This document shows, piece by piece, positions 21,022-28,989 of a stretch of 64,000 nucleotides of DNA. Position numbers and translations under genes: made by a program. Below the pieces are notes generated by a model that was not told the DNA's origin, ran no database searches, and saw only the letters and a list, made by a program, of their open reading frames with translations. Origin of the DNA: a virus. Lineage: Duplodnaviria; Caudoviricetes. The stretch is taken from IMG/VR virus record IMGVR_UViG_3300028888_000063, positions 32,001-96,000 of that record; one strand, written 5' to 3'. The stretch's first letter is position 1. Every line of letters starts with the position of its first letter.

Positions 21022-21324
21022 ATGGCAATAAATTTAGTTCAAGGTGCAATTGGACAATTAAAAGGCCCTTTTTCTCAAGGTGAAAGTATTAGTTTCGCGG
21101 GAGCTGGAGTAAAAATCGGTTTTGCTATTGGTGAGAAAGATTTTATGAAGGCAGGAAATCCTAATACAAATAACGGTTTTGCAATTCAGATCAACGATCA
21201 ATTAGTTAGAATGGGGCGCACATATTTATATGAAACTGATGATAGTACAGAAATTACTACCGTTAGTTTTCCACAAGGCGCGCCCCCAAGCTTATTAATA
21301 GATTATGTAATTGCGGAAACCTAA
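21022..21324 (+). CDS. Small structural protein
   Basis: 100 aa with SD; resembles the C-terminal domain of 18112-18993. Confidence 0.55.
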   Translation: MAINLVQGAIGQLKGPFSQGESISFAGAGVKIGFAIGEKDFMKAGNPNTNNGFAIQINDQLVRMGRTYLYETDDSTEITTVSFPQGAPPSLLIDYVIAET

Positions 21325-21342
21325 GAGAGATAAGGAGTTTTT

Positions 21343-21714
21343 ATGTATAGAATAAAGGAAATACGTCAAAAAGATTCCGAAGGTCAATTTCCAACTACTT
21401 ATCCCATTGGTACAGATGGCACTTTAGTAGATATGCTTAGCGGCCTAGATAATGAAGTTGAATTAAAACTAGGCGGAAATCATGATAGTTATATAGAAGA
21501 AGTTAGTGATACAGTAACCAGAATTACTGAAACATATTATGATTTAGCACATGATAGAACTTATGTTTGTGTTACTACAATTACAGAGAACCAAGATAAC
21601 ACTACTACTATTGTGATCGTACTCTCTCAAAATGATGTTGAAATTAGGCGTAAAACAGTGACTATTCCTGTTGATGCTGCTACTATGAATATTAGAGAGG
21701 AGCTAGGTTTGTAA
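21343..21714 (+). CDS. Hypothetical tail-associated protein
   Basis: 123 aa; N-terminus (RIKE...YPIG) resembles the tail-fibre N-terminus. Confidence 0.55.
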   Translation: MYRIKEIRQKDSEGQFPTTYPIGTDGTLVDMLSGLDNEVELKLGGNHDSYIEEVSDTVTRITETYYDLAHDRTYVCVTTITENQDNTTTIVIVLSQNDVEIRRKTVTIPVDAATMNIREELGL

Positions 21715-22001
21715 TGAGTGCATGGCCTGAGGCAATATATATAATTAAAAAATTACAAAAATCTATCAATGAACTAGCTGATATTGATGCAGATATTGCT
21801 AGAATTGATTCAAATATAGCTGCCGCAAACCTTAGTCTTGCGGGGCTGCAAACTAGATTAGAAAATTTAGAAACTGAGAAAGATGAATTTGATAAGGTTA
21901 TGACTATTATTGATACTAATGTAGGTACTAGTCAAGCTCCTTCTCCATCAACTCCGCATAGTGTAACGCGGTATTCAGTTTTTCTTATACAAAGTCCATA
22001 A
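21714..22001 (+). CDS. Hypothetical coiled-coil protein
   Basis: 95 aa, heptad pattern, TAATG coupling. Confidence 0.55.
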   Translation: MSAWPEAIYIIKKLQKSINELADIDADIARIDSNIAAANLSLAGLQTRLENLETEKDEFDKVMTIIDTNVGTSQAPSPSTPHSVTRYSVFLIQSP

Positions 22002-22016
22002 GGAGTGATTTAACTT

Positions 22017-22277
22017 ATGGGAGAAAATAGTTCTTTAGAAAGATTAGCTGAATTAGAAGAAGAGTCTGAACAATTAATAGATGATGTTCAAACATTCTCT
22101 GATTCTATTGATGATTTTCAAGATATACTTGATGATTCACCATATGATTATGTAAATCAAAAGAAATCAATTGTAACAACTATGTCTAATCGTCAGCCTA
22201 ATTTTGTTGGGAAATACGCGGGAATGACTAATGCAGATTTTGCGGCTGGCTCTATTTGTTACGTTGTAAGTAATTAA
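22017..22277 (+). CDS. Hypothetical protein
   Basis: 86 aa with SD AAGGAG. Confidence 0.55.
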   Translation: MGENSSLERLAELEEESEQLIDDVQTFSDSIDDFQDILDDSPYDYVNQKKSIVTTMSNRQPNFVGKYAGMTNADFAAGSICYVVSN

Positions 22278-22297
22278 GAGAAAAAAGGAGATTATTT

Positions 22298-23308
22298 ATG
22301 GCAAAAATAAAAGAAGTCTCTTCTTATAATGGTACGTCATGGGATACTCCAGTACCAATAGGAGCAAATGACGCAAATATTGATATTACGTCAAGTACAA
22401 CAAACCCTACTGATACCACTTCAACTTCTGCAGGGTTAGTTGATAGTAATGTTACTGTTGCGGCGGGAGACACTGCCGCTTCCGCATGGACAAAATTTAA
22501 TAGATTTAGAAAAAGAGTGCAAAACGCATTCGGTAATTTTGCAGGAGTAACTTTAAGAACTGCATATAATACATCAAATACTAGTACTTCTGTTTATACA
22601 ACAGGTGTTATTAATAATTACATGAGTAATGTAATTGGGTATACAGGGACGACAGAGCCAAGCGCCGGAACCGTGGCCGCTCAATTAAGTTCATTAAATA
22701 GTAAAGATGCATCTCATGATACTAGTATATCTAATTTGCAAACTGGATTAGATAATGTATTTGTTTGTAAAACAGTATATAATGCAGATGATGCACCTAC
22801 TGGGGTTAGTGCGATGCCTGATGGAGCTACTAATAATCCTTTTAGTTTTTGGTGTACTATAATAACAACTTATGGGCAGGCAACTTATAAGCAACAAATT
22901 GCTATTCCTTGGGCACAAGGTGAGCAGTTTATTCTTGCTCGCAGGGTTATGGATGCTGGGACTTGGGGCGCATGGAATATAAATTATTCTACTCCTGCCT
23001 ACTACCCACTTACCCAAAATAATACTAAAATTACTGTAATTGGTGGAGGCACTTCACTTCTATTTAATAGAATGTTTTTTATCCGTGTATTATTTGAAGT
23101 AAAAAGCTCTGTTGCTAAGGATGAATCGTTATTTACATTGCCTATGCCATGTCGCCTTAATGTAGGAACTATAACTTTAATAAAACAAAATGGAGCAGGC
23201 TATGCTACTGTGGCTATACGCAATAATACAGATTTATTTGTTAATTATGGTAATGGAATTCCTTCCACAGGATGGTGGGTTTTAGACGGAATATGCTATA
23301 CTTTTTAA
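22298..23308 (+). CDS. Tail fibre/receptor-binding protein: constant N-terminus (132 aa) plus currently expressed variable cassette A
   Basis: Thr/Ser-rich N-terminus, short coiled coil, fibre-knob-like segment (KQQIAIPW...RRVMDAGTWGAW); recombination site at codon 133. Confidence 0.8.
   Translation: MAKIKEVSSYNGTSWDTPVPIGANDANIDITSSTTNPTDTTSTSAGLVDSNVTVAAGDTAASAWTKFNRFRKRVQNAFGNFAGVTLRTAYNTSNTSTSVYTTGVINNYMSNVIGYTGTTEPSAGTVAAQLSSLNSKDASHDTSISNLQTGLDNVFVCKTVYNADDAPTGVSAMPDGATNNPFSFWCTIITTYGQATYKQQIAIPWAQGEQFILARRVMDAGTWGAWNINYSTPAYYPLTQNNTKITVIGGGTSLLFNRMFFIRVLFEVKSSVAKDESLFTLPMPCRLNVGTITLIKQNGAGYATVAIRNNTDLFVNYGNGIPSTGWWVLDGICYTF
22690..22705 (+). repeat. Putative recombination site A (expression site) TTCATTAAATAGTAAA
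   Basis: Core TTAAATAGTAA at 22694-22704 encodes L-N-S-K in frame. Confidence 0.8.
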
Positions 23309-23787
23309 GGAAGCCGTCTCATAGCTATTAATATTAAATATGCATTTGTGTTATTTGTAAAAATTTTATCATCTATTTTTAAGACAGGTGCGTTAGCATA
23401 AACAGATCCATATAAATAAAAATGAGAAATAGTAGAGGGATTTGTCCAAAGTATAACAGGAATAGTAGTAGATTGATCATTATTATAAGCACTCACAATT
23501 ACAACCGATGGAGCATAAGAGAAAGTGTAAGTGCTATGTGGGTCAGCTATTGCTGTTCCACCAAAAAATAAATTTCCAAGACAAAATTGACCTGTTTTAT
23601 CTACTAGAGGATTTAACATAGTAGTACCATCTGCTGTTGTACTGGCTATATGTAATGCATAATTATTTGTTCCTCCACCTCTTCTTAATTCTGCTCTAGG
23701 TCCAGCTGTAGTACTAGTATTAGAACCTAAAGTCCATATTAACACCGGATTTTGACTAGCTGCTTTTGTATTTAAATTACTATTTAA
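23305..23787 (-). CDS. Silent tail-fibre C-terminal cassette B (160 aa, LNSNLNTKAASQNPVLIW...)
   Basis: Frame open from the repeat core, in-frame TAA immediately before it, no SD; stop overlaps the fibre stop (TTAA). Confidence 0.8.
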   Translation of the reverse strand, partial: LNSNLNTKAASQNPVLIWTLGSNTSTTAGPRAELRRGGGTNNYALHIASTTADGTTMLNPLVDKTGQFCLGNLFFGGTAIADPHSTYTFSYAPSVVIVSAYNNDQSTTIPVILWTNPSTISHFYLYGSVYANAPVLKIDDKIFTNNTNAYLILIAMRRLP

Positions 23788-23791
23788 TTAA
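23776..23791 (-). repeat. Putative recombination site B TTAATTAAATAGTAAT
   Basis: Inverted relative to site A. Confidence 0.8.
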
Positions 23792-23823
23792 CTGATAGTA
23801 TGGACTAGATTCGCTAATTTTCA

Positions 23824-23852
23824 TTGATTTTTTATAAAAAATATGTTACAAT
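23824..23852 (+). promoter_or_regulatory. sigmaA-type promoter of recombinase
   Basis: TTGATT-17 bp-TACAAT with extended TG. Confidence 0.55.
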
Positions 23853-23889
23853 ATAAATACAAAAAATGAAACAAAATTTTTTATAAAGG

Positions 23890-24903
23890 TTGGTGAAAAG
23901 AGTGAGCGACAATAGGGAAATTAGAGATGCAGTATTGCGGACGTTGGTAAGTGAAGGATTAAGCGGAGATCAGCTAAAGAATGTAGATAAAGCGTTGTTA
24001 AAAGCTTTAGCTGGATATCAGATTACACCTGCGGAGACCCATTTAGTGGAGCGGGAGTCATGTGTGCCAGAGATTATGGCGTATTTGGTGCGGAAGAAAG
24101 CTAAGGGGTTAGCTGAAACTACACTGCAGCAGTACAGCTTGACATTGAAGTATTTTGCTATATATGTTCCTAAAAAAATTAGTGATATTACTGAATGGGA
24201 TGTATTATACTTTTTAGACCAATATAAAAAAGATAGGAATATTAGTAAATGCAGACAGGATACTTTAAGGATTATTTTGAATGGATTCTTTAGATATCAA
24301 GCTGACTGCGGAAATATTAAAATTAATCCAATGGCTACAATAGAGCCAATTAAATATAGAAAAAATGAGCGGGAGCCGCTAACAGAGATAGAGCTAGAAA
24401 AATTGCGGTATGCTTGTTCTAAATTAAAAGAGCGGGCGTTACTAGAATTTTTCTTCTCTACCGGCTGCCGCGTATCTGAAGTAGTTAATGTTGATATCGA
24501 TGATATTGACTTTAATAATAAAATTTTAAAAGTGACTGGTAAAGGAGATAAGGATAGGATAGTGTGCTTAAATGCGAGTGCAGTGCTTGCATTGCAGAGA
24601 TATCTAGAATCTCGAGTAGATGATAATCCAGCATTATTTGTATCTGATAATCGCCCACACCAGAGACTTAAAAAAGAAGCCTTAGAAAAAATTATTAGAG
24701 TTCTAGGCGAAAAGGCGGAGATGGGCCGCCGCATATATCCCCATCTAATTCGTCATACTACTGCTACTTATCTTTTGAAACATAAGATGCCTCTTGAAGA
24801 ATTGCAGCAGTATCTTGGCCATGAAAATATAAATACTACTATGATTTATGCAAAAACTGACCGAGAAAGTATGATTAATTCATTTAAAAAATGTATGATT
24901 TAA
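23890..24903 (+). CDS. Tyrosine recombinase (XerC/D-like), probable shufflon invertase
   Basis: Intact catalytic set: TGCRVSE (R), GKGDK (K), HLIRH (HxxR), LGH, TTMIY (Y); adjacent to the inverted fibre cassette. Confidence 0.92.
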   Translation: MVKRVSDNREIRDAVLRTLVSEGLSGDQLKNVDKALLKALAGYQITPAETHLVERESCVPEIMAYLVRKKAKGLAETTLQQYSLTLKYFAIYVPKKISDITEWDVLYFLDQYKKDRNISKCRQDTLRIILNGFFRYQADCGNIKINPMATIEPIKYRKNEREPLTEIELEKLRYACSKLKERALLEFFFSTGCRVSEVVNVDIDDIDFNNKILKVTGKGDKDRIVCLNASAVLALQRYLESRVDDNPALFVSDNRPHQRLKKEALEKIIRVLGEKAEMGRRIYPHLIRHTTATYLLKHKMPLEELQQYLGHENINTTMIYAKTDRESMINSFKKCMI

Positions 24904-24916
24904 AAGGAGAAAGTAT

Positions 24917-25351
24917 ATGATTATTCGTTTTGGATCCAATGAATATGATTTAGTACCTGGGTCTGCTGCGCAAACTTATGATGGTAATCTTCATCTTGAT
25001 GTAGTAGCAGACGGTGTTGATTTTGAAGAATTAGAAGAAGTTTTATCTAATAGTGATAACCTTGATCCTATTAAAATTTTAGATAATGATGAAGTAGTTC
25101 AAGTTATTACTGGTTATGGTAAACTTTATGGCATTAGCAAGGAATATAATGTTCTTTATTGGATTGAGAGAATTGAACCAGAACCTGTTGATCCTGAAGA
25201 TCCAGATGCAGAACCTGGTGAACCTCAAGACATTGAACATCGTGTTGATGTATTTAGAGTGGTTCTTCGCAAGCCTGATCTTTCTGATCAAGTTAATTTG
25301 AATACTGCTAATATTGAATTCCTCGCTATTATGAATGATATCGAGTTATAA
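24917..25351 (+). CDS. Putative tail-fibre assembly chaperone (XkdW-like position)
   Basis: Acidic 144 aa ending in a short helix (ANIEFLAIMNDIEL), directly before the XkdX-like gene. Confidence 0.5.
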   Translation: MIIRFGSNEYDLVPGSAAQTYDGNLHLDVVADGVDFEELEEVLSNSDNLDPIKILDNDEVVQVITGYGKLYGISKEYNVLYWIERIEPEPVDPEDPDAEPGEPQDIEHRVDVFRVVLRKPDLSDQVNLNTANIEFLAIMNDIEL

Positions 25352-25371
25352 TTACAGGAGGATAGAATATA

Positions 25372-25512
25372 ATGCATAGTAAGAATTATGCTAAGATTAA
25401 AAAGTATTATGATGAAGGACTTTGGTCTATTGCTAAGGTTAGAGCTGTAGTTGGAAAACCTCTTGGAATTACTGCTACAGAATTTTTTGAGATCACTGGT
25501 CAGGAATATTAA
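25372..25512 (+). CDS. XkdX-family small protein (46 aa, missed by ORF track)
   Basis: MHSKNYAKIKKYYDEGLWSIAKVRAVVGKPLGITATEFFEITGQEY; SD AGGAGG. Confidence 0.85.
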   Translation: MHSKNYAKIKKYYDEGLWSIAKVRAVVGKPLGITATEFFEITGQEY

Positions 25513-25596
25513 ATTTCCTTCAGTTAAAAATCTATATTCTATGAGAGAAGAAAAATAGCACTCATAGAATTTAGTTTTTATAATTTTATATAGATT

Positions 25597-25628
25597 GCCG
25601 CTTCTCTTAATTGAGAAGCGGCTTTTTT
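25597..25628 (+). terminator. Intrinsic terminator
   Basis: gccgcttctc-ttaatt-gagaagcggc followed by T-run. Confidence 0.85.
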
Positions 25629-25649
25629 GTTTTATAGGAGAAGGATAAT

Positions 25650-26027
25650 ATGTATCAGAATGATTTTTATGCGCGGGCGCAGGTTCCGTCAAACAATATA
25701 ATCTGGGTACAAGGAATTGAAGGAGCTAAGGCCCAACAAATAAAGCCTGGAGTGACTTTATTATTATTAGATAGTGAAAATGATCAATTTTATATAAAGG
25801 CATGTGATCAATATGGCATTTGTTTGCCAATAAAAACTTTTAAATTTGAAGAAGTTGTTGCAGCTCCGGCTGTGGCTCAAGCACCTGCCGCCGCGCAGTA
25901 TGTAACAAGAGAAGAATTAACAGAAATCTTAAAGGAGTTTAAATTACAAAATGAACAGCCTATTCAATCAACTACAACCAAATACACCACCATTAAACAA
26001 CAATCTGGCTCAGATAGTAAAGAGTAG
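25650..26027 (+). CDS. Hypothetical protein (WVQG-motif)
   Basis: IIWVQGIEGAKA...LLDSENDQFYIK; SD present. Confidence 0.65.
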   Translation: MYQNDFYARAQVPSNNIIWVQGIEGAKAQQIKPGVTLLLLDSENDQFYIKACDQYGICLPIKTFKFEEVVAAPAVAQAPAAAQYVTREELTEILKEFKLQNEQPIQSTTTKYTTIKQQSGSDSKE

Positions 26028-26193
26028 TTCTGACCCAGGAATGTTATTTAAAACAATGGCTCAAAATAGTCCACAGGTTCAATCTATTATGCAGATGATT
26101 CAGGCTGCAAATATGACTCCCAAGGATTATTTTTATAAAACTGCTCAAGAGAGAGGAATAGACCCTAATCAAATATTAGGGATGTTTAGATAA
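25951..26193 (+). CDS. Small Gln/Met-rich helical hypothetical protein
   Basis: 80 aa, SD AAAGGAG. Confidence 0.6.
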   Translation: MNSLFNQLQPNTPPLNNNLAQIVKSSSDPGMLFKTMAQNSPQVQSIMQMIQAANMTPKDYFYKTAQERGIDPNQILGMFR

Positions 26194-26249
26194 TTTGTTT
26201 AAAACTGCTTTAGCAGTTTAATATATATTAAGGAGAATAATAAAACAAT

Positions 26250-26954
26250 ATGGAAAATAATGGAGCACTTAGTGCAAGTGATGTTGCATTATTAAATCGT
26301 AATAACGGTATGTCTTGGGGCGATTCCTCATTTATGTGGATTTTTGCTCTTTTGATCTTAGCCAACGGAGGTTTTGGTGGCTGGGGTAATAACAATTTTG
26401 CTAATGCTATTGGTTATGAGAATTTAGCTACTTCTAATGAAGTACAACGTGGTTTTGATAATCAAAATGCTATGGCAAATCAGCGTGAAATCCTTGCGGC
26501 AGTTAACTCTGGTACTGCTCAAAGTGTTGCTGCTACTAACCAGACTTTCCATGATACTCTCATGGCTAATCAGAATCTCTATAATGAGACTTCTAGAGAC
26601 CTTGCAGCACTCGCAGTTGGTCAAGCAGATCTTCGTGCGGCTCAGGACGCATGTTGCTGCTCAACTAAGCAATTAATCCTTGAGACTGGCGCCGGTCTGC
26701 AAGCATCTGCCGCACAAAATCGTTATGAAGCAGCTATGAATACTGCGGCAATTAATGCTAATACTACTGCACAAGTTCAAAAAGTTCTTGATGTAATTTC
26801 TAATAATCGCATTGATGAATTACAAAATAAAGTTAACCAATTAGAGTTAATGAATGCTACTGCAAATGTGGTTCGTTATCCTAACGCTTCTACATATTAT
26901 GCTGGGAACAACCCATTTTGCGGTGGTGGATGCGGCTGCGGTATGGTAGCCTAA
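26250..26954 (+). CDS. Hypothetical protein with N-terminal hydrophobic/Gly-rich segment, coiled coil and CCC motif
   Basis: FMWIFALLILANGGFGGWG; DACCCSTK; Cys/Gly tail. Confidence 0.7.
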   Translation: MENNGALSASDVALLNRNNGMSWGDSSFMWIFALLILANGGFGGWGNNNFANAIGYENLATSNEVQRGFDNQNAMANQREILAAVNSGTAQSVAATNQTFHDTLMANQNLYNETSRDLAALAVGQADLRAAQDACCCSTKQLILETGAGLQASAAQNRYEAAMNTAAINANTTAQVQKVLDVISNNRIDELQNKVNQLELMNATANVVRYPNASTYYAGNNPFCGGGCGCGMVA

Positions 26955-26986
26955 ACTGAGCGTATTTAGTACGTCTAACTGAAAGT

Positions 26987-27025
26987 AAGGGTGTGCTTAA
27001 ATGCGGCACACCCTCTTTATTTTTT
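26987..27025 (+). terminator. Intrinsic terminator
   Basis: agggtgtgc...gcacaccct followed by T-rich tail. Confidence 0.7.
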
Positions 27026-27048
27026 GAGAACAAAAAGAGGAGAAGAAT

Positions 27049-27456
27049 ATGTTACAAGTCTATACATTAGCACAAACACTCGTAGATCAACAGCCAGTGT
27101 CTTTTACTAATAGAGTTTTAATAAAAGGATGTACTGCTTCTTTAGGTGCGCCCGCCACTATAGATCTCAATAAAGCCGGAGTTTATGTTGTCTCTTGTAA
27201 TGCAACTATAACAGGCGGTGCGGCCGCAGGAGATGGCTCTTTACAACTCTATAAAAACGGTGTTGCTCAACCTTTTGCAAAAGCAGAGGCAACATTAGCT
27301 ACAGATGATTTAGTTTCTATTGGATTTGAGACTTTAATCCAAGTTCAAGAAAATAATACTCGGTGTTACATCACAAGTCCTACTAGCTTACAAGTAATTT
27401 ATGAAGGCGTGGATGCAACAGGAGATGTTAATTTGGTTGTGACAAAACTCATATGA
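27049..27456 (+). CDS. Beta-sandwich protein, BclA-CTD/C1q-like pattern
   Basis: IDLNKAGVYVVSCNAT...LQLYKNGVAQP pattern; fold is inferred. Confidence 0.5.
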   Translation: MLQVYTLAQTLVDQQPVSFTNRVLIKGCTASLGAPATIDLNKAGVYVVSCNATITGGAAAGDGSLQLYKNGVAQPFAKAEATLATDDLVSIGFETLIQVQENNTRCYITSPTSLQVIYEGVDATGDVNLVVTKLI

Positions 27457-28019
27457 CGATAGAAGAAGTATTTAAACAGATAGGTACTCATATGATTGAA
27501 GGGTTAATGATGCACTCTCAAATGTCTGAGTATTATTTGTTTTTGGGATTAGAAGGATACGCTGAATGCCATCAATATCATTATTTTGAAGAAAGTTGGA
27601 GTTTTCAAGATTTAATTTTATATTATATTAAAGAATTTAATAAGTTACTTCCAATAAGTCAAGCCAAAGATCCAGGTGTGATTTCGCAAAACTGGTATAA
27701 ATATGCAAGAAATGATGTAGATGCGGGGACCAGAAAAACTGCTATCAAAACTGGAATGGAAAAATGGATTGATTGGGAAAAAGAAACTAAAATGCTATAT
27801 GAAAATATGTATAAAGAATTACTTAATGCTGGGGAAGTGGCGGCAGCTCATAAAGTAAAAGAATTAGTATTAGATGTAGATGAGGAGCTAAGACAAGCTG
27901 AACAGTATTATTTAGATAAAAAAATTACAGATTATGATATGGCAGTAATTCTTGAAGAACAAAAACCTAAAAAAGATAAATATGAAATAGATAAACGCAG
28001 TTTATTCTTTCATAAATAA
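27453..28019 (+). CDS. Ferritin-like four-helix protein
   Basis: Helical with spaced Glu/His residues (LGLEGYAECH...EES, WEKET, DVDEEL). Confidence 0.5.
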   Translation: MTIEEVFKQIGTHMIEGLMMHSQMSEYYLFLGLEGYAECHQYHYFEESWSFQDLILYYIKEFNKLLPISQAKDPGVISQNWYKYARNDVDAGTRKTAIKTGMEKWIDWEKETKMLYENMYKELLNAGEVAAAHKVKELVLDVDEELRQAEQYYLDKKITDYDMAVILEEQKPKKDKYEIDKRSLFFHK

Positions 28020-28021
28020 AA

Positions 28022-28060
28022 ATAAGCCTCTGGGCCAATTCCCAGAGGCTTTTTCTTTTT
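28022..28060. terminator. Bidirectional terminator between convergent genes
   Basis: aagcctctggg-ccaatt-cccagaggctt flanked by A- and T-runs. Confidence 0.85.
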
Positions 28061-28559
28061 ACCAATCAAATTCTGCGGCGGCTGTGCCATGTTCAACTAT
28101 ATATGACCAGCCTATTAACACTGCATCAGCTAGATCATCATTTTTTGTATTTAGATTAAATAATTCATTAGCTTTAGCTACATCGAGCGGTTTTAGCTGC
28201 GCCCGCTTAATTCCTGGTCCTGTTTTAATTCCAACTTGCTTACGCCAATGATTAGCGCTACATAGCTGCATCTCTTTTGAGTAATGATTTAGAACTATTG
28301 CTATTGCTCCATGTGCAAAAGTTAATTTTCTATATACATCTATATTATTTTTTACGAATGCAGGTTCTGGTTCTTCTGCATATATAATATCTGGATTATA
28401 TTCTAACATTAATTCATTTACTTTTTCTGCAATTTTTTCTATGCGAGTAATTGCGTTCCCTGTTGGAGCTATAATTCCAGATGATATTAATTCTTTTTCT
28501 TTAAATATTGCATATCCTGTTGAAGTCGTAGATATGTCTAATGCTAATAAAGTTGACAT
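28059..28559 (-). CDS. ruvC: RuvC-like Holliday junction resolvase
   Basis: LALDISTTSTGYAI, YAEE, NDDLADAVLIG motifs. Confidence 0.8.
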   Translation of the reverse strand: MSTLLALDISTTSTGYAIFKEKELISSGIIAPTGNAITRIEKIAEKVNELMLEYNPDIIYAEEPEPAFVKNNIDVYRKLTFAHGAIAIVLNHYSKEMQLCSANHWRKQVGIKTGPGIKRAQLKPLDVAKANELFNLNTKNDDLADAVLIGWSYIVEHGTAAAEFDW

Positions 28560-28611
28560 GATATTCCTTCTTTATAATTTTATTTAATGAACTTTATTAG
28601 TAAATAAATTT

Positions 28612-28627
28612 TTTACTAAATAGTAAT
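28612..28627 (+). repeat. Degenerate recombination site E TTTACTAAATAGTAAT
   Basis: One mismatch to consensus; shares TAAATAGTAATTTAA with sites B and C; followed by only 14 codons. Confidence 0.55.
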
Positions 28628-28656
28628 TTAATTAAACATTTTTCAATTATATTTAT

Positions 28657-28884
28657 TTAATTTTTAGAATCGTCTGCTGCTTTTTGACCATCAAGAGGGC
28701 CGCCATAATAAAACCCAAATAATAATTGTCTTAAACAATCTGGGCAATATCCTGAGTCATGCTTCCCAGATGATGTATAGGTGCAGCCGCAGAGTTGACA
28801 AATAAGTGTGGGTGCAGGTCCTTCCAATCGGATATCACTAGAATTTTGATTGGTGTTTGCGTCTGCCGCATTAGAAAGTACCAT
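28657..28884 (-). CDS. Small zinc-ribbon-like protein
   Basis: CQLCG...YCPDC; SD GAAAGGA; own promoter. Confidence 0.6.
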   Translation of the reverse strand: MVLSNAADANTNQNSSDIRLEGPAPTLICQLCGCTYTSSGKHDSGYCPDCLRQLLFGFYYGGPLDGQKAADDSKN

Positions 28885-28913
28885 AATTATTTCCTTTCTC
28901 TTGAACTAAGTCA

Positions 28914-28942
28914 AGGATAACATAAAATTTTTATTTTGTCAA
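28914..28942 (-). promoter_or_regulatory. sigmaA-type promoter facing away from cassette C
   Basis: TTGACA-17 bp-TATCCT with extended TG. Confidence 0.6.
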
Positions 28943-28973
28943 ATATTTATTCATAACAGATATTGCGCGGGCG

Positions 28974-28989
28974 TTTATTAAATAGTAAT
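28974..28989 (+). repeat. Putative recombination site C TTTATTAAATAGTAAT
   Basis: Core at 28978-28988 in frame (L-N-S-N) with the SGNH ORF. Confidence 0.8.

Noticed and set aside
23890-24903. Recombinase as lysogeny integrase
   Set aside because: No repressor/excisionase context or host junction nearby; it sits among inverted in-frame fibre cassettes, so invertase fits better (integration role not formally excluded).
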